A DNA stretch of 59,937 bases, counting the filler, from Sluysia triapertura (taxonomy: Eukaryota), in assembly GCA_046118255.1 (NCBI GenBank). It is 4 parts of 4 records of this genome, joined end to end, with 100 filler letters (N's around TTAATTAATTAA, not from the genome) between each part and the next. Parts side by side here need not be neighbours in the genome. Positions count along the whole stretch, not along the records: positions 1 to 12,133 come from JBJNIA010135840.1; positions 12,234 to 25,287 come from JBJNIA010062864.1; 2 more parts are not named here. One strand, given 5' to 3'. The position numbers were made by a program, and so were the translations under genes. Each line of letters begins with the position of its first letter. The first letter of the stretch is position 1. Positions 1-13,694 of the stretch are shown here, in pieces. Below the pieces are notes generated by a model. It ran no database searches, was not told the origin of the DNA, and was given only the letters and a program-made list of their open reading frames with translations.

Positions 1-1699
1 TAGATAGATTGTTGTGTGCTTCAAATTATTACAACCATTATTGTTAATCTTGTAATTTTAGTCATTTTTATTATTGTTCAGTCGAGATTTATAATAGCAA
101 TTTGTATTTTGATTTTTGTAATCATTAAATTATGGAGTTGTTATTAATTTGATAATTAAAGATTAATTATACCTAATCTTTGGGTTGAATAAATATTATC
201 ATTAAGATAAGCAAATTTCTGATAATTTTATATTGGATTAAGTGATTTATGAAATTCAGATTTTAGTAAATTATCCGATATTGATTTGTTATTATTATTA
301 AGTATAAAGACGCAACATATCTACAACATTTTTATAAGTACAACATTCATATATTATTAAAAATAGAAATTCATTATATAAATTTTTTGCATACTTTCTA
401 AATCATAATCAGTTATGCAATGTCTAAAATTTTATAAATATTCAGCATTCATCATTTATTAACGTCACACTTTACATTATTAACATTTAGTTTATTTTTG
501 ATTTTTAAATTTTCAAATTTAGATCAAATTTAACATTTATAATTACCTATTCAACATTCAATTTAATTATTAAATTTACAGTATTATCAATAATATCAAT
601 ATATGTAAGCACTACCCGAACAATATTTTAATTGGAATTTGAATTCTGACTTGTAAGATTCATTGAAATTTTTTGGTTCAATTTTATGTACAAATAGTTA
701 ATCATTCTCATTTTTATTACATTTCATTAGTTCATAAACATAAACCTTTACATGGCTTACATCATGTTTAATCGTTTCAAATTTAATGATTTTCCTAGAA
801 TTATCAATTGATTTATTAAGACTTGTATCCGTTAATAGTAACGCTTTATCAGATTGCACCAATGTTTCATAAATACTATCATTTAGGGCATCTTCAAAAC
901 TACGATCAATAAAATTGGCAATACTTTATTGTGCAACTGTTACACGTATTTGGAAAAAGCATACAAAAATGTTTTTTCAGATTCAGCTTTATGATGGCTA
1001 AAATATTTTTTACAAAAATTTCATTTCTGAACTATCAAATTCTATAATACACTGAAATATAAATTCAACAAAATGTTCAGTTTGAATTTCATCTTGATAA
1101 AGTTTAGAATCCAGTTAATGGTTGTTTAATAGTTGATATTAATTAGATTTGATCTTTATATGCATCAAAATTGTTTTCTTACTGATAAGATTGCTATCTC
1201 TTATCAAACTATGTAACTCTATATTTGACATAAATAATCATAAGCCATTTTACATAAACAATCATTAATAATAATATTAAAACAAAATAGTAATAATAAA
1301 AAAAATAAATTTGAATTAATAAAAATAATGGTGATAGAAATATTAACAAAAATAATAATGAAATTAATGTAAGAATAATATTAACAATCATAATAATAAG
1401 CTAACCATTATTATTATTAAAAATAATAATGCTATATCTAGTTTCAATCAATTTTATAGTTTTTAATTTATGTAGAAGATCGTACAAAGAAAATTATTGA
1501 AATATAGTGTATAAAGATGTGAAAATGTAATAATGAGTAATTGTTGGTGATGCAAGAATTTTCAAAAGTATGTTATTATTTGTAAAATGGATGGTTTTAG
1601 GTTTTAACTCGCCATATGTGTTTGTATAAATGGAATTTAGAATATATTAAAAGTGAAATATATAAAATATTGAAAAATTCGACTTTTGGCTATAATAAA

Positions 1700-1779
1700 T
1701 GGCAAACTGAGATAACTCAGTAGTCAGAGAAGCAATATTTACTTGGTTCGAATCTTAATTTATTTTCTGAAGTTTAACA
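1700..1779 (+). mobile_element. Highly degenerate copy of the tRNA-like TGTTAGAC...GTCTAACA repeat
   Basis: GATAACTCAGTAG (A-box-like), GGTTCGAATC (B-box), ends in TGAAGTTTAACA like the other copies; upstream TTGGCTATAATAA resembles their TTGACTATAATAA flank. Confidence 0.45.
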
Positions 1780-3936
1780 TTATTTTGAATAAAGTATACC
1801 CGATAATACTTGGTTTGTAACATCATAAAACATTCACTGATAAAATAAATTCTAAAAATGTAAAAAAGTTTACTTGATATCGATAAAAGGTTAATCAAAG
1901 AAATCTTAAAGAAATAAATATGTGACAACTCTTAATATTTTATTGAACATGTTTTCAAAGTATTTATATAATGTAAAAATCTTAATCAATAAAAACAAAA
2001 AATAAAGTACATAATATAAAATTCATTTGCATCTGAATAGCATATTAAAAAGTACACATAACATTCAAGAATATATCAGCCTGAATTAAATAGTGACTTA
2101 AGTCAATTAATTCAAAGGTCATATCAATTCAGATACCTAATTAAATTCGAATAATATCAGATAAAGAATTTTCGAATTTAATATAATTTAGTATATTAAT
2201 TTTATATTATATTTTAAATAATTTATTTACATACTTATAAAATATAAATGTTTATATATTATAATGTATTTCTAGTTTGTTAATTACTGAATAATTATTT
2301 ACTTATTGTGTTTTTATAGTTTTAATACAAATAAATCATGTTCGAGTTATGACTGACTTTGCAGCAAGTAATAACTCAATGCAATAAATTTGATAATGTG
2401 TTCACATTAAGCTTAACATTATAAATTGTTGCAGACTGTATCGATTATTTCCAGCAGCCAACAAAATTGATAAGCGCATGACAAATGACTTAAATAAGTC
2501 ATGTTTGGTTAAACATAATGGTAACACTTGATTTACTAATAAATTGTAGTGCTCATTATGGCAAAACCAAAATAATCAAAAAATATTTTGCAGTGGTTCC
2601 AAGTAAAATTTTTCAAAGAATCTTACAATAATACTTCATTCATCACAAAACATAATTCAATTTGCCTGATACATTCCGCGCTTACATTTAAGGATAAAAA
2701 ACTATTGCACAACAGTCGGAACGTAGAATTCAGCATCAATATAAAGAAAATGTCACAATATAAGAATTAAAATGCAATCACCACTTAATTTTAACATGTA
2801 AACCTTTTTTGATTCATGTAAGATTGTGCAAGACATAAAATAAATGTAAAAAATGTAACAAAGATAGAATAAAAATTTATTATTGATTATTTATTTATAG
2901 ATCATGTTCATAAAATAAAATTAGATGCACCTAAATCAAAAACGGGTGCAGAAAATTTATCCAGTGTACCGGTGCACCAGGAACAGCCCTATTTATATTA
3001 TTAACAGTCCAAAGTTGTTTTATTTGCTTTGAATGTTGGACCTTTGTTACAACTGTTGTTTGTATCATTTGCCTTATGCTGAATATAATCTTGATTTACT
3101 GACTGAATTTTTAATTTAATTTGAATTAAATTAAACTTTACTGAATACATCAATAAATTAAATTAAATAAATTGAATATATTCTAAAGACGCAACAGTAT
3201 TTGAAAACATTATATTATTAATTATTATATTCAAATTATTACTATTATCATTATTGTAAGATTAATATTATTATTAAAGTTATTATTATAGATGACTCTG
3301 ACAATATCGATATTGATTCACCTTTGTATGTTACCGGTAGTCCATGTGTTCACTTGTTTTCCGCGAATGGGGTCTTACTACGCATATTGATGTTATATTT
3401 TGAGTAATTCGGTTATGACCAATGTTACTAAGAGGATTGGTTTTTCATTTGTGGTTTCTTGTGCTGGTGTGTTCATAATTTGTTGTTCCCTGAGTTGTTT
3501 AAAACTTCTATTACATATATTTATTCGAGATATTTGAATGGAAATACCTTAGCTCTACTACGCACCCACAACCAAGGAGTTTGTCATCGTTGTCCAGTTC
3601 TCGTTTACAAATATTATCAGTTATATATAAAGTTTATACAATGCAAAGTCTTCTGAAATCTTAAATCTTTTGATTTGAAAAATTTTGTAGTTCTGAAATT
3701 TTGTTCTAGCTGAAAATTTTATTCTAAGTGAAAATTTTATTGTTAATTCTAAAAAAATTTACTTACTTATTTATACTATAATTTTTTTCGATCATCCATT
3801 TTATTTTTAATAATTTAATTAAACAAAAATTATTCTAGAATATTCCAAATAAATTTTACTATTTTAAATTTCTAAATTTAAATTTTATTCTCAATTTATT
3901 TATATAAATTTATATAAACTCAGTTTCATATAAAAA

Positions 3937-4130
3937 TTGAAAAAATTACAATTAATAATTAATCAAGCAGCAAGACTAATTCTCCAGGTGAGTAGAAGAT
4001 CACATGTAACACCTTATCTTAAAGAATTACATTGGTTGCCAATAAAAGCAAGAATAGAATTCAAAATAATGACAATAATTTATAAATGTTTACATTACGA
4101 AAGTCCTGGATATCTTTTAGAATTAATAAA
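3937..4130 (+). mobile_element. LINE (L2/CR1-group) ORF2 C-terminal remnant
   Basis: LQLIINQAARLIL..SRRSHVTPYLKELHWLPIKARIEFK..IYKCLH is the typical post-RT motif of L2/CR1-clade LINEs. Confidence 0.85.
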
Positions 4131-7059
4131 AAATTTGGAAAAGAAGATGATAATAATAATAATTGTATTGCAATACCCCTTTCAAAGACATATCAAAACA
4201 CAACCGAAGTACACTATTACAGAACATTATATCAATTCCCATACCTTTTAACCACCTGCAATTCATTCGATACAATTTATAAAATATATTTTCTTCGCAA
4301 CATAATATTTCTCATCGTTTTAAAATATTTAACTAATATATGTTGTCATTATTATTTTTATCATAATTTGCACTTTCAGGCCGATAATTAACTTAAAGAT
4401 TATTGAGACTCATTGTTATTTTTCTTGGTAATTAAATTTTAATAAAAATATCAGAATTACCGATTGGATCAAGAGAATATATTATTTGAGTAGCGAAATG
4501 TCTGTATATGCGGAATTATATGTTTACAAATTTGTGACCCAAAATATCAACAACACCAATACAATATATCAATAACCCTTATAAATCATAGACAATACAC
4601 TCAATTTCAATCCATAAAAAACGCGAAAATCATAACTACAAAAATTCCTAAATCAACTTTGAAACGAATAAAATTTTCCTTTTACAACAATACAGGTCAT
4701 CAGTTAATTCCTTCGAAACAAACAACGAAAACAATCTACTTACAAAAAACAGTAACACTTACAACAAAATTAAACAAAATGGAACAATAACGAATATTTT
4801 GTCACACAAATAAATACACTTAACCAAGTAACAGGTCATTAAACTCCTAATTTTAAACCAATATTTAAACACACTCATCAGAAGAACGTTTTTATTTTCA
4901 ATACACAAAACAAAAAAACCCTTCAACACAATTCATCCAAACAACATCACAAACACATTCATTTGACACAATTCACATAATACTACCTAACAAAAATTCA
5001 AAAAGTAAATGTAATAAATTCATAATCAGTCAGAAACATACGCAGAATAAGTAGGACAAATGGACACAAATTTAAAACAAATTCATTCTTATACGACAAA
5101 ATAAATAATAATAATCTGTCATCACAAGAAAACAATATTGTACAGATAACGAAACAACTACCTATAAATATTATGCAAATAATACCAAACGAAACAAACA
5201 AAATCCTTCACCACACAAACAACAAATGTCTTTAACCATTTTTTGAACCATATCAAAGAATAAAATCCTAGGCTACAGAGTCGCCACTGCATTATCCTTT
5301 CCTCTTAGATAGGAAATCATTAAAAATAATTCAATTAAACCAACTCTTAGCCACTAAGAACAATACGGTTGACCTCGAAACAAATTATCAAAATAAAAAC
5401 GTACCCCAATAAAACACCCAATAAATGACAGTATCCCTAACACACCTAGAAGTAAAAAAAATGCGCAAAACCCAATCAAAAGGGTCATAATACACCGAAA
5501 AGAGTTTTAAATGCGAAAACAGTTAGAATCTCCTGATTATCGTTTTTAGTGACTTATAAATTTTGGTATCCTTATCAAACCTTCATAACTGAAAAACGAA
5601 ACTTCTGTTAGAATTTTTTCCTTTGCTTTCTTAACAATTATAATTTTAAAACGGGTTCGTTTGCGGTATACAGTTTATAACGTAAAGTAGACCTATCCAC
5701 AGAAAGTTGCTACGAAAGAAGTTTTCTTACTCTTGAAAAATGCGAATAAAAATTACTTAGTAACTAGGTATTTTACAATATGTATTAATTTCAATTTTAC
5801 TCTTTTTTTAATTCTTTTCTTTGATTAAATATTTAGTCAAATGTAAGGTCCTAATTAAAATACTAATTATTAGGAATTTATTTGACGGTTAAACAAGTAT
5901 CATAAATTTATATAACCTCCATTCACTTTAAAACAATCTTTATTCCAAAATCCAACGGCTGGCCCTAACTGGTAAGTCCAGTACATTGGTGAACTCACAT
6001 TAAATTTTCGCTTTTATTCTACTGTACACGGTTACAAATTTGGTTAAGATTTTAACCCAGGCATAATACTTGGGTTTTAAATAATAAATGATTTTAAGTC
6101 TAGATTTTTAAGCTGAATTTATCGAAGCTTACCTTACCAAATATTATCTTACTGAATTTTGATGGTAACACAGTTTCCAAATAATCGATGTAATATTGTC
6201 CTCGAAATCCAAGATTTTATGAAAAAAATCGTATCCAAAAATCTTTGAATTATGTCCAAAAACGTATTTATCTTTATACCAATAAAATTTTCTAAATTGA
6301 CACCACATCGATATAGTTGTTTTTTAAAGATCCAAAACAATCACCTTTAAATGTTTATAAAATATCTCCGTCGATAAAATTTTGTCTTAAAACATAATTT
6401 CTTGTATTTATATGGTTGTTGAATAATTCCTTTTTTGCCATTAAAATTCAATAATAATATTTTTACTCGTTTTTTGTCATCAAGACTCAATAATAAAAGG
6501 TAATAAGGTATTTTAATAATATTTTATACTAGTTTTTTATGCTACAGAGAAAGTATTTTTATAATTTTTTGTACTAAATAATAATAATAATTTTTAAAAT
6601 ACAATTTTCAATTTTTTAGAAATGTAAAATATATTAATAGAAATTATTTATAATTACAAATAAAATTTATGTAATATTTATTAGTTATTTTTAATATTTA
6701 CATTTATCATAGATAATACTTAAATTAAAATAAAATACAAAAATAATATTGTAAAAATAATATTAATACCATTTATAAACTTTTATTATTTACTAGCACT
6801 AATATTTACAATTTTTTAATATTTACAATTCTAAAAATTAAATAATTAATTAAAATCTTTGTGACTATTCATTTTTATAATTTCTCATTGTCCAATCACT
6901 TTCTAGTTTCACTATCAAACATTCCCTTACATGAACCTCCTTTGAGGAATAGACCAATAATAACACCTTTGACAATTACATGGAATAATTTGTCGGACAT
7001 TATTTTAAAAATAACATAAAATTTCATTATTTTATTCTGTTCTAATCGATCCACTTTTA

Positions 7060-7340
7060 CTAAAATTACTTCTCACATTAAAGTAACAATGTACATGAAA
7101 ATAGTAAATTTAACTTTAATTTTTAGAATTCAATTGATTTTTAGTTTTTCATACTCAATTTTCTAATGGAAAATGTTTGAAATACTTATTCACAATTAGA
7201 TCATACAATAGAAATTTCAAATTTATTCCGAGATTCGCCTATTTCAATAAACCATCTCATATTCAATTTATTATATTTCCATCATTATAAATATAAAAGA
7301 TTCGATATTCTACAATTGACATTTAATTAAAATTTAACTT
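7060..7340. repeat. Unclassified dispersed repeat (other copies ~18770-18970 and ~25190-25287)
   Basis: Shared core ...GAATT(C/A/T)A..T(G/A)ATTT..(A/G)GTT...TTTTCTAATG(G)AAA in three contig positions. Confidence 0.65.
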
Positions 7341-7685
7341 AGCTCGCTGTTAAGGATTTACTTACATGAACTCCATCAATCATCGATAGATCTTTTTAAA
7401 ATAAGTACACAATTACAACTTTGGCAGCATTCCGCATTCAATCGTTATTCATTAAGTAAGTCAACAAAAGACAAACATTATTGAAAGATTGATGCCGGAA
7501 AAATAATTCTGGTGGCCAACTCACTAATCTTAATAAATTTCACAAAAATTCTACTTCAAACATATTAAAATCACATAAATTTTTTTTATTTTTATTTTTT
7601 TTAAGTTGTAAATATATATTAAAACTTTGCTCAAAAAATACAACAAAATACTTAATAGAAGTTTTATTTAATAAAGTTTTATAAG

Positions 7686-8243
7686 TCAAGTTATATCTTC
7701 TGTATGTGTCATACTTCTCGATTCCGGTTCCACTATTTTATGAAATTCCAATGCAAATTTATTATTACGAGGAATTCTTGTCCGAGAGGTAAGATTATCG
7801 ATCAGTTTGTTAACTTCTGATTCACAGGCCGTGTGAGTGTAGTGACAATTAACTTCATTCTTAATACACAATCCATAACTATCTGTGCGGAATCGGCAAA
7901 AGGCGGTCATCTCGGTTTTATTTACAACTTGTAAATACTTAATATAATTGTTATCATCTTTATAATACTTAACATAGTTGTTATCATCTTTATCTTTATA
8001 ATGCTTAACATAATCGTTATCATCTTCATCTTTATAATGCGTAACATTATTGTTATCATCTTCATTTTCATAATGCTTAACATAATCGTTATCTTCTTCA
8101 TAATGCTTGATATAATTATTATCATCTTGATAATGGTTAACATAACTGTTATCATCGCCATACTCTTTAACCTTAACATAATTATCCTCAAGATGGTTAA
8201 CATCATTATCATTATCGTCATATTCTTTCAATTTCGTAAGACA
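7686..8243 (-). pseudogene. Repeat-rich ORF ending in a CCCH-type zinc finger; the ATG at 8243 is out of frame with the ORF
   Basis: KTEMTAFCRFRTDSYGLCIKNEVNCHYTH (C-x9-C-x6-C-x3-H) follows D/N/Y/K tandem repeats; MSYEIE from 8243 is one frameshift from the ORF. Confidence 0.45.
7945..8225. repeat. Degenerate coding tandem repeat (~27-36 bp units, DDNxYVKHY-like)
   Basis: Recurrent TAATGCTTAACATAATCGTTATCATCTT-type units. Confidence 0.85.
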
Positions 8244-8494
8244 TTATTAAATTTTTAAAAATCTTAGTTGATCTTTTTATTAATGGTTTTTACAAAAAAA
8301 CTTTTGTATGTTCCACGTTTTGGTAAACTGTAATCGTTTGCTTTTTATTGTACACGTTGTAATTAGTTGCTTTAAATTATAATTGTGAAGATAGTAAGTG
8401 AAATTGTTGTCCGTTAACAATAAATTGTCATTTATAAAAATAAATTGTGTTCAATAATTCTGTGCAGAACGTTTTAGCTGTGCATACTACTCTT

Positions 8495-8562
8495 GATTGG
8501 CTAGCCAACCAAAATTGTTTAGAGGTAATCAGTATGATAATCGACTTGGTTGGATAGCCAAT
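8495..8562. promoter_or_regulatory. Paired inverted CCAAT (NF-Y-like) promoter module
   Basis: GATTGGCTAGCCAACCA ... TGGTTGGATAGCCAAT in a locally GC-richer island upstream of the minus-strand ORF. Confidence 0.5.
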
Positions 8563-9619
8563 ACGAGCAGTTAATTCATTTTATTAATTTGATGATATTG
8601 AAGTCAACTGTAATGCAACCATCATCGCAGTGACAAGAATATCTAGAATCACAAATATTTTAAGTATAAAACAATATCATGGCGTTTCAAAGAATTTCAA
8701 GATTTTTGAAGACATTTTGGAATACGCTTAAATATCTGAAGCTGTGAAAAATCTTTTAAAGTCTTTAAAATATTCAAAAACTTTTAATATATCAAGATTT
8801 TTAAGATTTTACGGTGTCATATAAGTTTAGAAACTTTTAAATCCTTTAAACATAAAATAGAATAATTTCTAAAAATAGATTAAATTAAAATCTTCATTAA
8901 ATTAAAGAAAAATAAGTTTTATGAAAATTATATGGTGATTAAATTGTTTGTAAACTTTAATATGGAGAAAAGTCAAATTTAATTCTCAAAACTAAAATAT
9001 TAAATTTCTCATATTTAAAATGATGTAATGATAATAAACCAAATAGAAGATAGTTAGTACACATGAGAACAATTCAGATGGTTCATTTGATTTTAAGAAC
9101 TATAAACATTCTTCTTTAAAAACTAGGTATGAAAAAACTGAATATTAAAGGGTTTGCAATCCTACATTAACTTAATAAATTTTTTTAGAATCTTTCAATC
9201 AGTTATTATTATTCATTAACAGTTTATTTGTATAATTTATTTTGTTACAATTTGTCAGTAATTTACAATTTTTGTAATAAATCAGATGAATTAATAAAAG
9301 AAATCATATCGCTAGAACTTTGATGGATTTGATAATTATTGTATTATAAATGCCAGAATTTTGTAAACAATATCAAGTAGATACGAAAATGAAATTTGTG
9401 AATTAAATCAAATGAATATAATTAAATCACAACGTAAGTAAACTTAAACGGGTATTGTTAAAGAATTATTCTGCGATAATGTTAATAACTATAAAGAAAA
9501 TAAACATTGTCAATGTAACGAAACAAAGGAGCTGCTCCATGAACAATATTCATGAACAATACTTCATGAACAACATTCAACGAAGTGATAAATGAACAAT
9601 ATGAGGTAAACATAAATGG

Positions 9620-10270
9620 CCGTAAAGAGAGGCAAAAAGGAGGCGATATTTTCTTTCAAGTAGAAATCTTTTTGATAATGAATTAATAAATGGTAATCAT
9701 GTACGAAACGAAGACAAATCTATAATTCAAATCATCATGAAGCTACCACTACAATTTATTTGTTTTAGTGCTATAATCCGATTCCAACCAAAGATAACTC
9801 TCAGTTATCACACAACATTATATGTATTCGTCTTGCTATTTGAATGTAATTAAGTGGGAAGTTCACTCTCCAATAAATTATTTAATAATATTCTTTATTA
9901 AAAGATATGATGTAAAGTTAAATAAATAAATTTTTAAACTTTATATTAATCTAAATGTAAAATTTCGAAGTAATATAAAAGTCAAGTTTTTCTATATTAT
10001 AAACTTTCACTTTTCAAACGACATAAGACCTAATCTTCAGATAAGTGAGGTCTCCTATAGATTTAAGAATCATAAATTTTGATTCTGATAGTAACAGATA
10101 TATGTACTTCTTTGGTAACTCTATTATACCATCTCTTATTAAGAGGATAAACAACACTAAAAATAAACTGAATATGTATTATATTACATGACAAGCATTA
10201 AGACCATTAATTCTATTAAGACCATTAATTACTTTTTGTCACATGTCCCGATTAGTATCACCTTAATTAC
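9620..10270 (+). mobile_element. Possible LINE APE-endonuclease remnant
   Basis: RKERQKGGDIF (R.DR..GGG-like), CYNP and SHVPI (SDH.P-like) pieces; very degenerate. Confidence 0.3.
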
Positions 10271-12133
10271 CACCTGATGTACATTTAACAATTTATGACG
10301 CATTATCTTCATCATGAAAACGTTGTCATGATACATCTTTAGCCTCACATAAACGGAATGTTGACTCTTCAACACCTTATAATCACAGTATAACAATAAT
10401 CTCATATATTTATTACCAATACATAAGCGTAATATCACACAATGATAAATTTTACGTCATTACAAAATGAAAATGTGTGTAGAATTGTTATTGCTACATG
10501 ATTGTCGATTGAAGAGATATGAAAAAAATGTTACAGATATTCCTATTCTGGTGTGTAGTTTGTTGAGTTTCTTATAGCTGTGTTAGACTGAGTTACAATT
10601 TGATTATGAATTTGTTTGTCGTTGAGTTCTTATTTACACTTATATAAAAGATCGTTTATATCATTCATAAAAAAATTAATGCAATATTAGCTGGTAATTG
10701 TATGTAAAATATATAATATTGATATAAAATAATTAATTAAAAAATCAATAAATAAAAATACTAAAGCTAAAACATATTGAAAGTCATGTAAAATCATTCA
10801 AAGATAACTATATATATTGCTAAATTAAGAAAAACTTTGGTAGAAAAATTAAATCCCGAAGAAATTATTAATCAATAACAATAAAGTTATTTTAAAACTT
10901 TATTATTATCTACGTCGAAACCGAATCCTGATAAATTGTATAAACATTATGATATTGTGACTAAAACCCTAAATGCAGTAAATATGGAATTGCTAAAAAT
11001 ATTTTTCGTTGTATTTGGTTCATTAAGACGCTATTATACAATTATGTAACCTCGATTTCTAAATTTATTATTTCATACAATTATATATTTAAGGGTCTAT
11101 CAACATCTTTTGAAGTTTAGTACATTGCTTGTTATGTGGAAACATTATCTACGTTATTAGAATATTGTACAAAACAATCGCCGCATTGCTGTGTTATGCC
11201 ATTTTACATAATCATGACATTTTTAATGTTCATTTGCAAACCGAAATTTTGTTCTATAATTTTTGTATTTTTGTACATACAATATTTAAATCTTTTGTTT
11301 TGGTCACTTATCCCACTAAAATAAGAAAGATGCTAGCCAGGCCTTAAGACGGCAGTAAATATTAACTTAAAATTTATTTTAAAAATTACAAATCTAACAG
11401 AAAATAATGGTAATGAAAAGATAGTTGAACTAATTCTTTATATCAGCGAGAAAAGCCTAACATTAAATCATTATATCAGCAGGAGTAATAAGCAAATATT
11501 TGTGGTTAACGAACCCTTTAATTTCTCAAAATAATAAAATTATTATCAACAATAAAAAGTATTTCTAATTCAAAATAACGAAATCTCTGACATTTGAAAT
11601 TATTTATTTATAGTATTAAATGTTCGCAAGTTAGACAGAAAAATAACAATACATAAATAACAAATGTATAAAGAATAACAAAATTATTTAATAATACTAA
11701 ATAGGTAGGTAAAAAAGAAAACAAAAGTAATGTATATATTTAAAATCTTATAATGAAAATTTAACATATGTTTATGACATTTTAAGGTGTATATTTATAT
11801 TATGTTGTAAAAATCAAAAGGCGCATTATTTATAGTAATAACATTTTAATTAAGTGTACAAAATAGTTAATATTAAATGAATACATTAGAATAATTATGT
11901 ATTATAAATTTTATACTTAATTAATATTTAATATTTTTATATCTTTATTTATCTTTCATTATTGTTTGAAAATCGAAATATTGTGTTAATATCGAAATAA
12001 ATGTAGCAATAGCTTTATTAATTTTCAATATTATGTTGTTAAAATGAAAGAATATTTATGTTATGTTTGTATAAATTCATTTTACACTGAATTTCATTGT
12101 ATTTTATTTTTTGGTTATTTTCATTTTCATGGA

Positions 12134-12233
12134 NNNNNNNNNNNNNNNNNNNNNNNNNNNNNNNNNNNNNNNNNNNNTTAATTAATTAANNNNNNNNNNN
12201 NNNNNNNNNNNNNNNNNNNNNNNNNNNNNNNNN
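12134..12233. other. Artificial contig linker
   Basis: N-run, TTAATTAATTAA (stops in all six frames), N-run; 100 nt. Confidence 0.98.
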
Positions 12234-12306
12234 GTAGAGCAGTCGGACTGCGCAGACGATGGTCCCGGGTTCGATCCCCGGTCAGTCCATTTTACGAAGT
12301 CTAACA
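12234..12306 (+). mobile_element. tRNA-like repeat unit, 5' truncated by contig edge
   Basis: GTAGAGC...CCGGGTTCGATCCCCGGTCAGTCCA TTTT ACGAAGTCTAACA. Confidence 0.85.
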
Positions 12307-12329
12307 ATAGTATAGTCAATATTACCATA

Positions 12330-13467
12330 ATTTGCATCCAATCCAATTATATTTGTTTTAGAAATTTGTCCATTTCGTAAATTAATATCGATTCTCCCAT
12401 GTCACAACTAGTCTGGTCACTTTAACAATGTGAACATGACATCTTTGTGACTTTTTCCATGTAGAAACTCTCGTTAAATGATTTTAGACTTACTACATAT
12501 GTTCCTTGTGCGACAACATTATGATAAATTTCTCTTCATACTCTATTGTTCCTTGTTCGCACGTTCCATCTATTAGTACATTACCGGCATTTCTTATATT
12601 GTAAATTATTTTCTCATTTTTAACTTATCTCCTTCGTTAAACGTATATATCCTGTTTCTTCTTCATTACCTGAAATAATTATCAGCTCATTATGTGAGAG
12701 TATATCATTAATTTCTTCCTGGTCGTATAAATTAATTGTTTCTTCTTCTTCACAATCAATGTCACTTACTGCTAGTATTGATTTCTTGTCCTCTTCATTT
12801 TCCTCATCTGTTATACCACTATTCTTTATCCATCTACTTATGATTGCTTCGGAACATTTTTTGTCTTCTTCGGGTTGATTATTATTTTTGGTTTTCGTTG
12901 CTCTTCTGCTAATTGTGCCTCTTTTTTCCTCGTATCTTCCTATTCCTTTTCTTTTAATAGCTGCATAAAGTAATTATGTAAAAAATTAATAAACATGTCA
13001 TTTTCATCATCATCGTATCTGTTCCTATCAAATAAACTTAAAAGTTCAACAAATTAACAATATCAAATTAATCAATAAACTTAACTTAATACTCAAAACT
13101 TAATCAAAATATAACGATAAACTTATCAATAAACTCAAAATAACTTAGTTTAAAAACTTAATTTAAAATTCAATAACTTATCAATAAAACAATGGTCACT
13201 TAACTTATATAAAAATAATCAATTCAATAAACGTAACTTAATCAAATAACTTATCAATAATCAATCAATATAACTTCAACTTTAACAATAATCAAAAACT
13301 TAAATTCAAAATAAATTCAACTTAATAAACTTTAATTCACAAAATCAGTATAACTTAAACTTAACGTAATACAATCGTAACTTGAAACAACTTAATGTAA
13401 TAAAACTTAAACTTAATAATAAAATGTAATAGCTTAACAAATAATTGTTTTAAATATGATTCGTGTA
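12330..13467 (-). mobile_element. Decayed internal region of an LTR retrotransposon
   Basis: Lies directly downstream of an LTR+PBS; repetitive leader (AACTTAA units on the plus strand), then purine-rich broken coding-like sequence. Confidence 0.55.
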
Positions 13468-13485
13468 GTCCCAGTTCGGGCGCCA
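13468..13485 (-). promoter_or_regulatory. Primer binding site complementary to the tRNA-Lys(UUU) 3' end
   Basis: Minus strand TGGCGCCCGAACTGGGAC is 17/18 identical to the canonical Lys3 PBS TGGCGCCCGAACAGGGAC, 5 nt after the LTR CA end. Confidence 0.85.
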
Positions 13486-13490
13486 AATTT

Positions 13491-13694
13491 TGCAAGTGTT
13501 TTTATCTAAAACTTAAAAATTTAAAATTACCTAAAAACTACCTGAGTGTCGATTCGCCTAATATACACGATTTATAAGCCGTGAGTTGATATACATTTAA
13601 GTTTAAGCATAATTTTTGATTAAATTCTAATAGCACGTCTCCAACAGTGGTATTTTGTAGGTAAGTTTAAGTTTTAGATAAAAACACCTAAACA
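13491..13694 (-). mobile_element. 5' LTR (204 bp) with long subterminal inverted repeat
   Basis: TG...CA ends; perfect 22-bp inverted repeat GTGTTTTTATCTAAAACTTAAA / TTTAAGTTTTAGATAAAAACAC; adjacent PBS. Confidence 0.8.

Noticed and set aside
4533-5489. TGTGACCC...GGGTCATA solo LTR/TIR candidate around a C/A-rich tract
   Set aside because: Right end is TA not CA, and no target duplication
6140-6430. NFIDGDIL motif resembling the DDB1/CPSF1 C-terminus (minus)
   Set aside because: Single short motif with no supporting context; if real it would be a counter-example to the 5' bias, so it is worth a BLASTX
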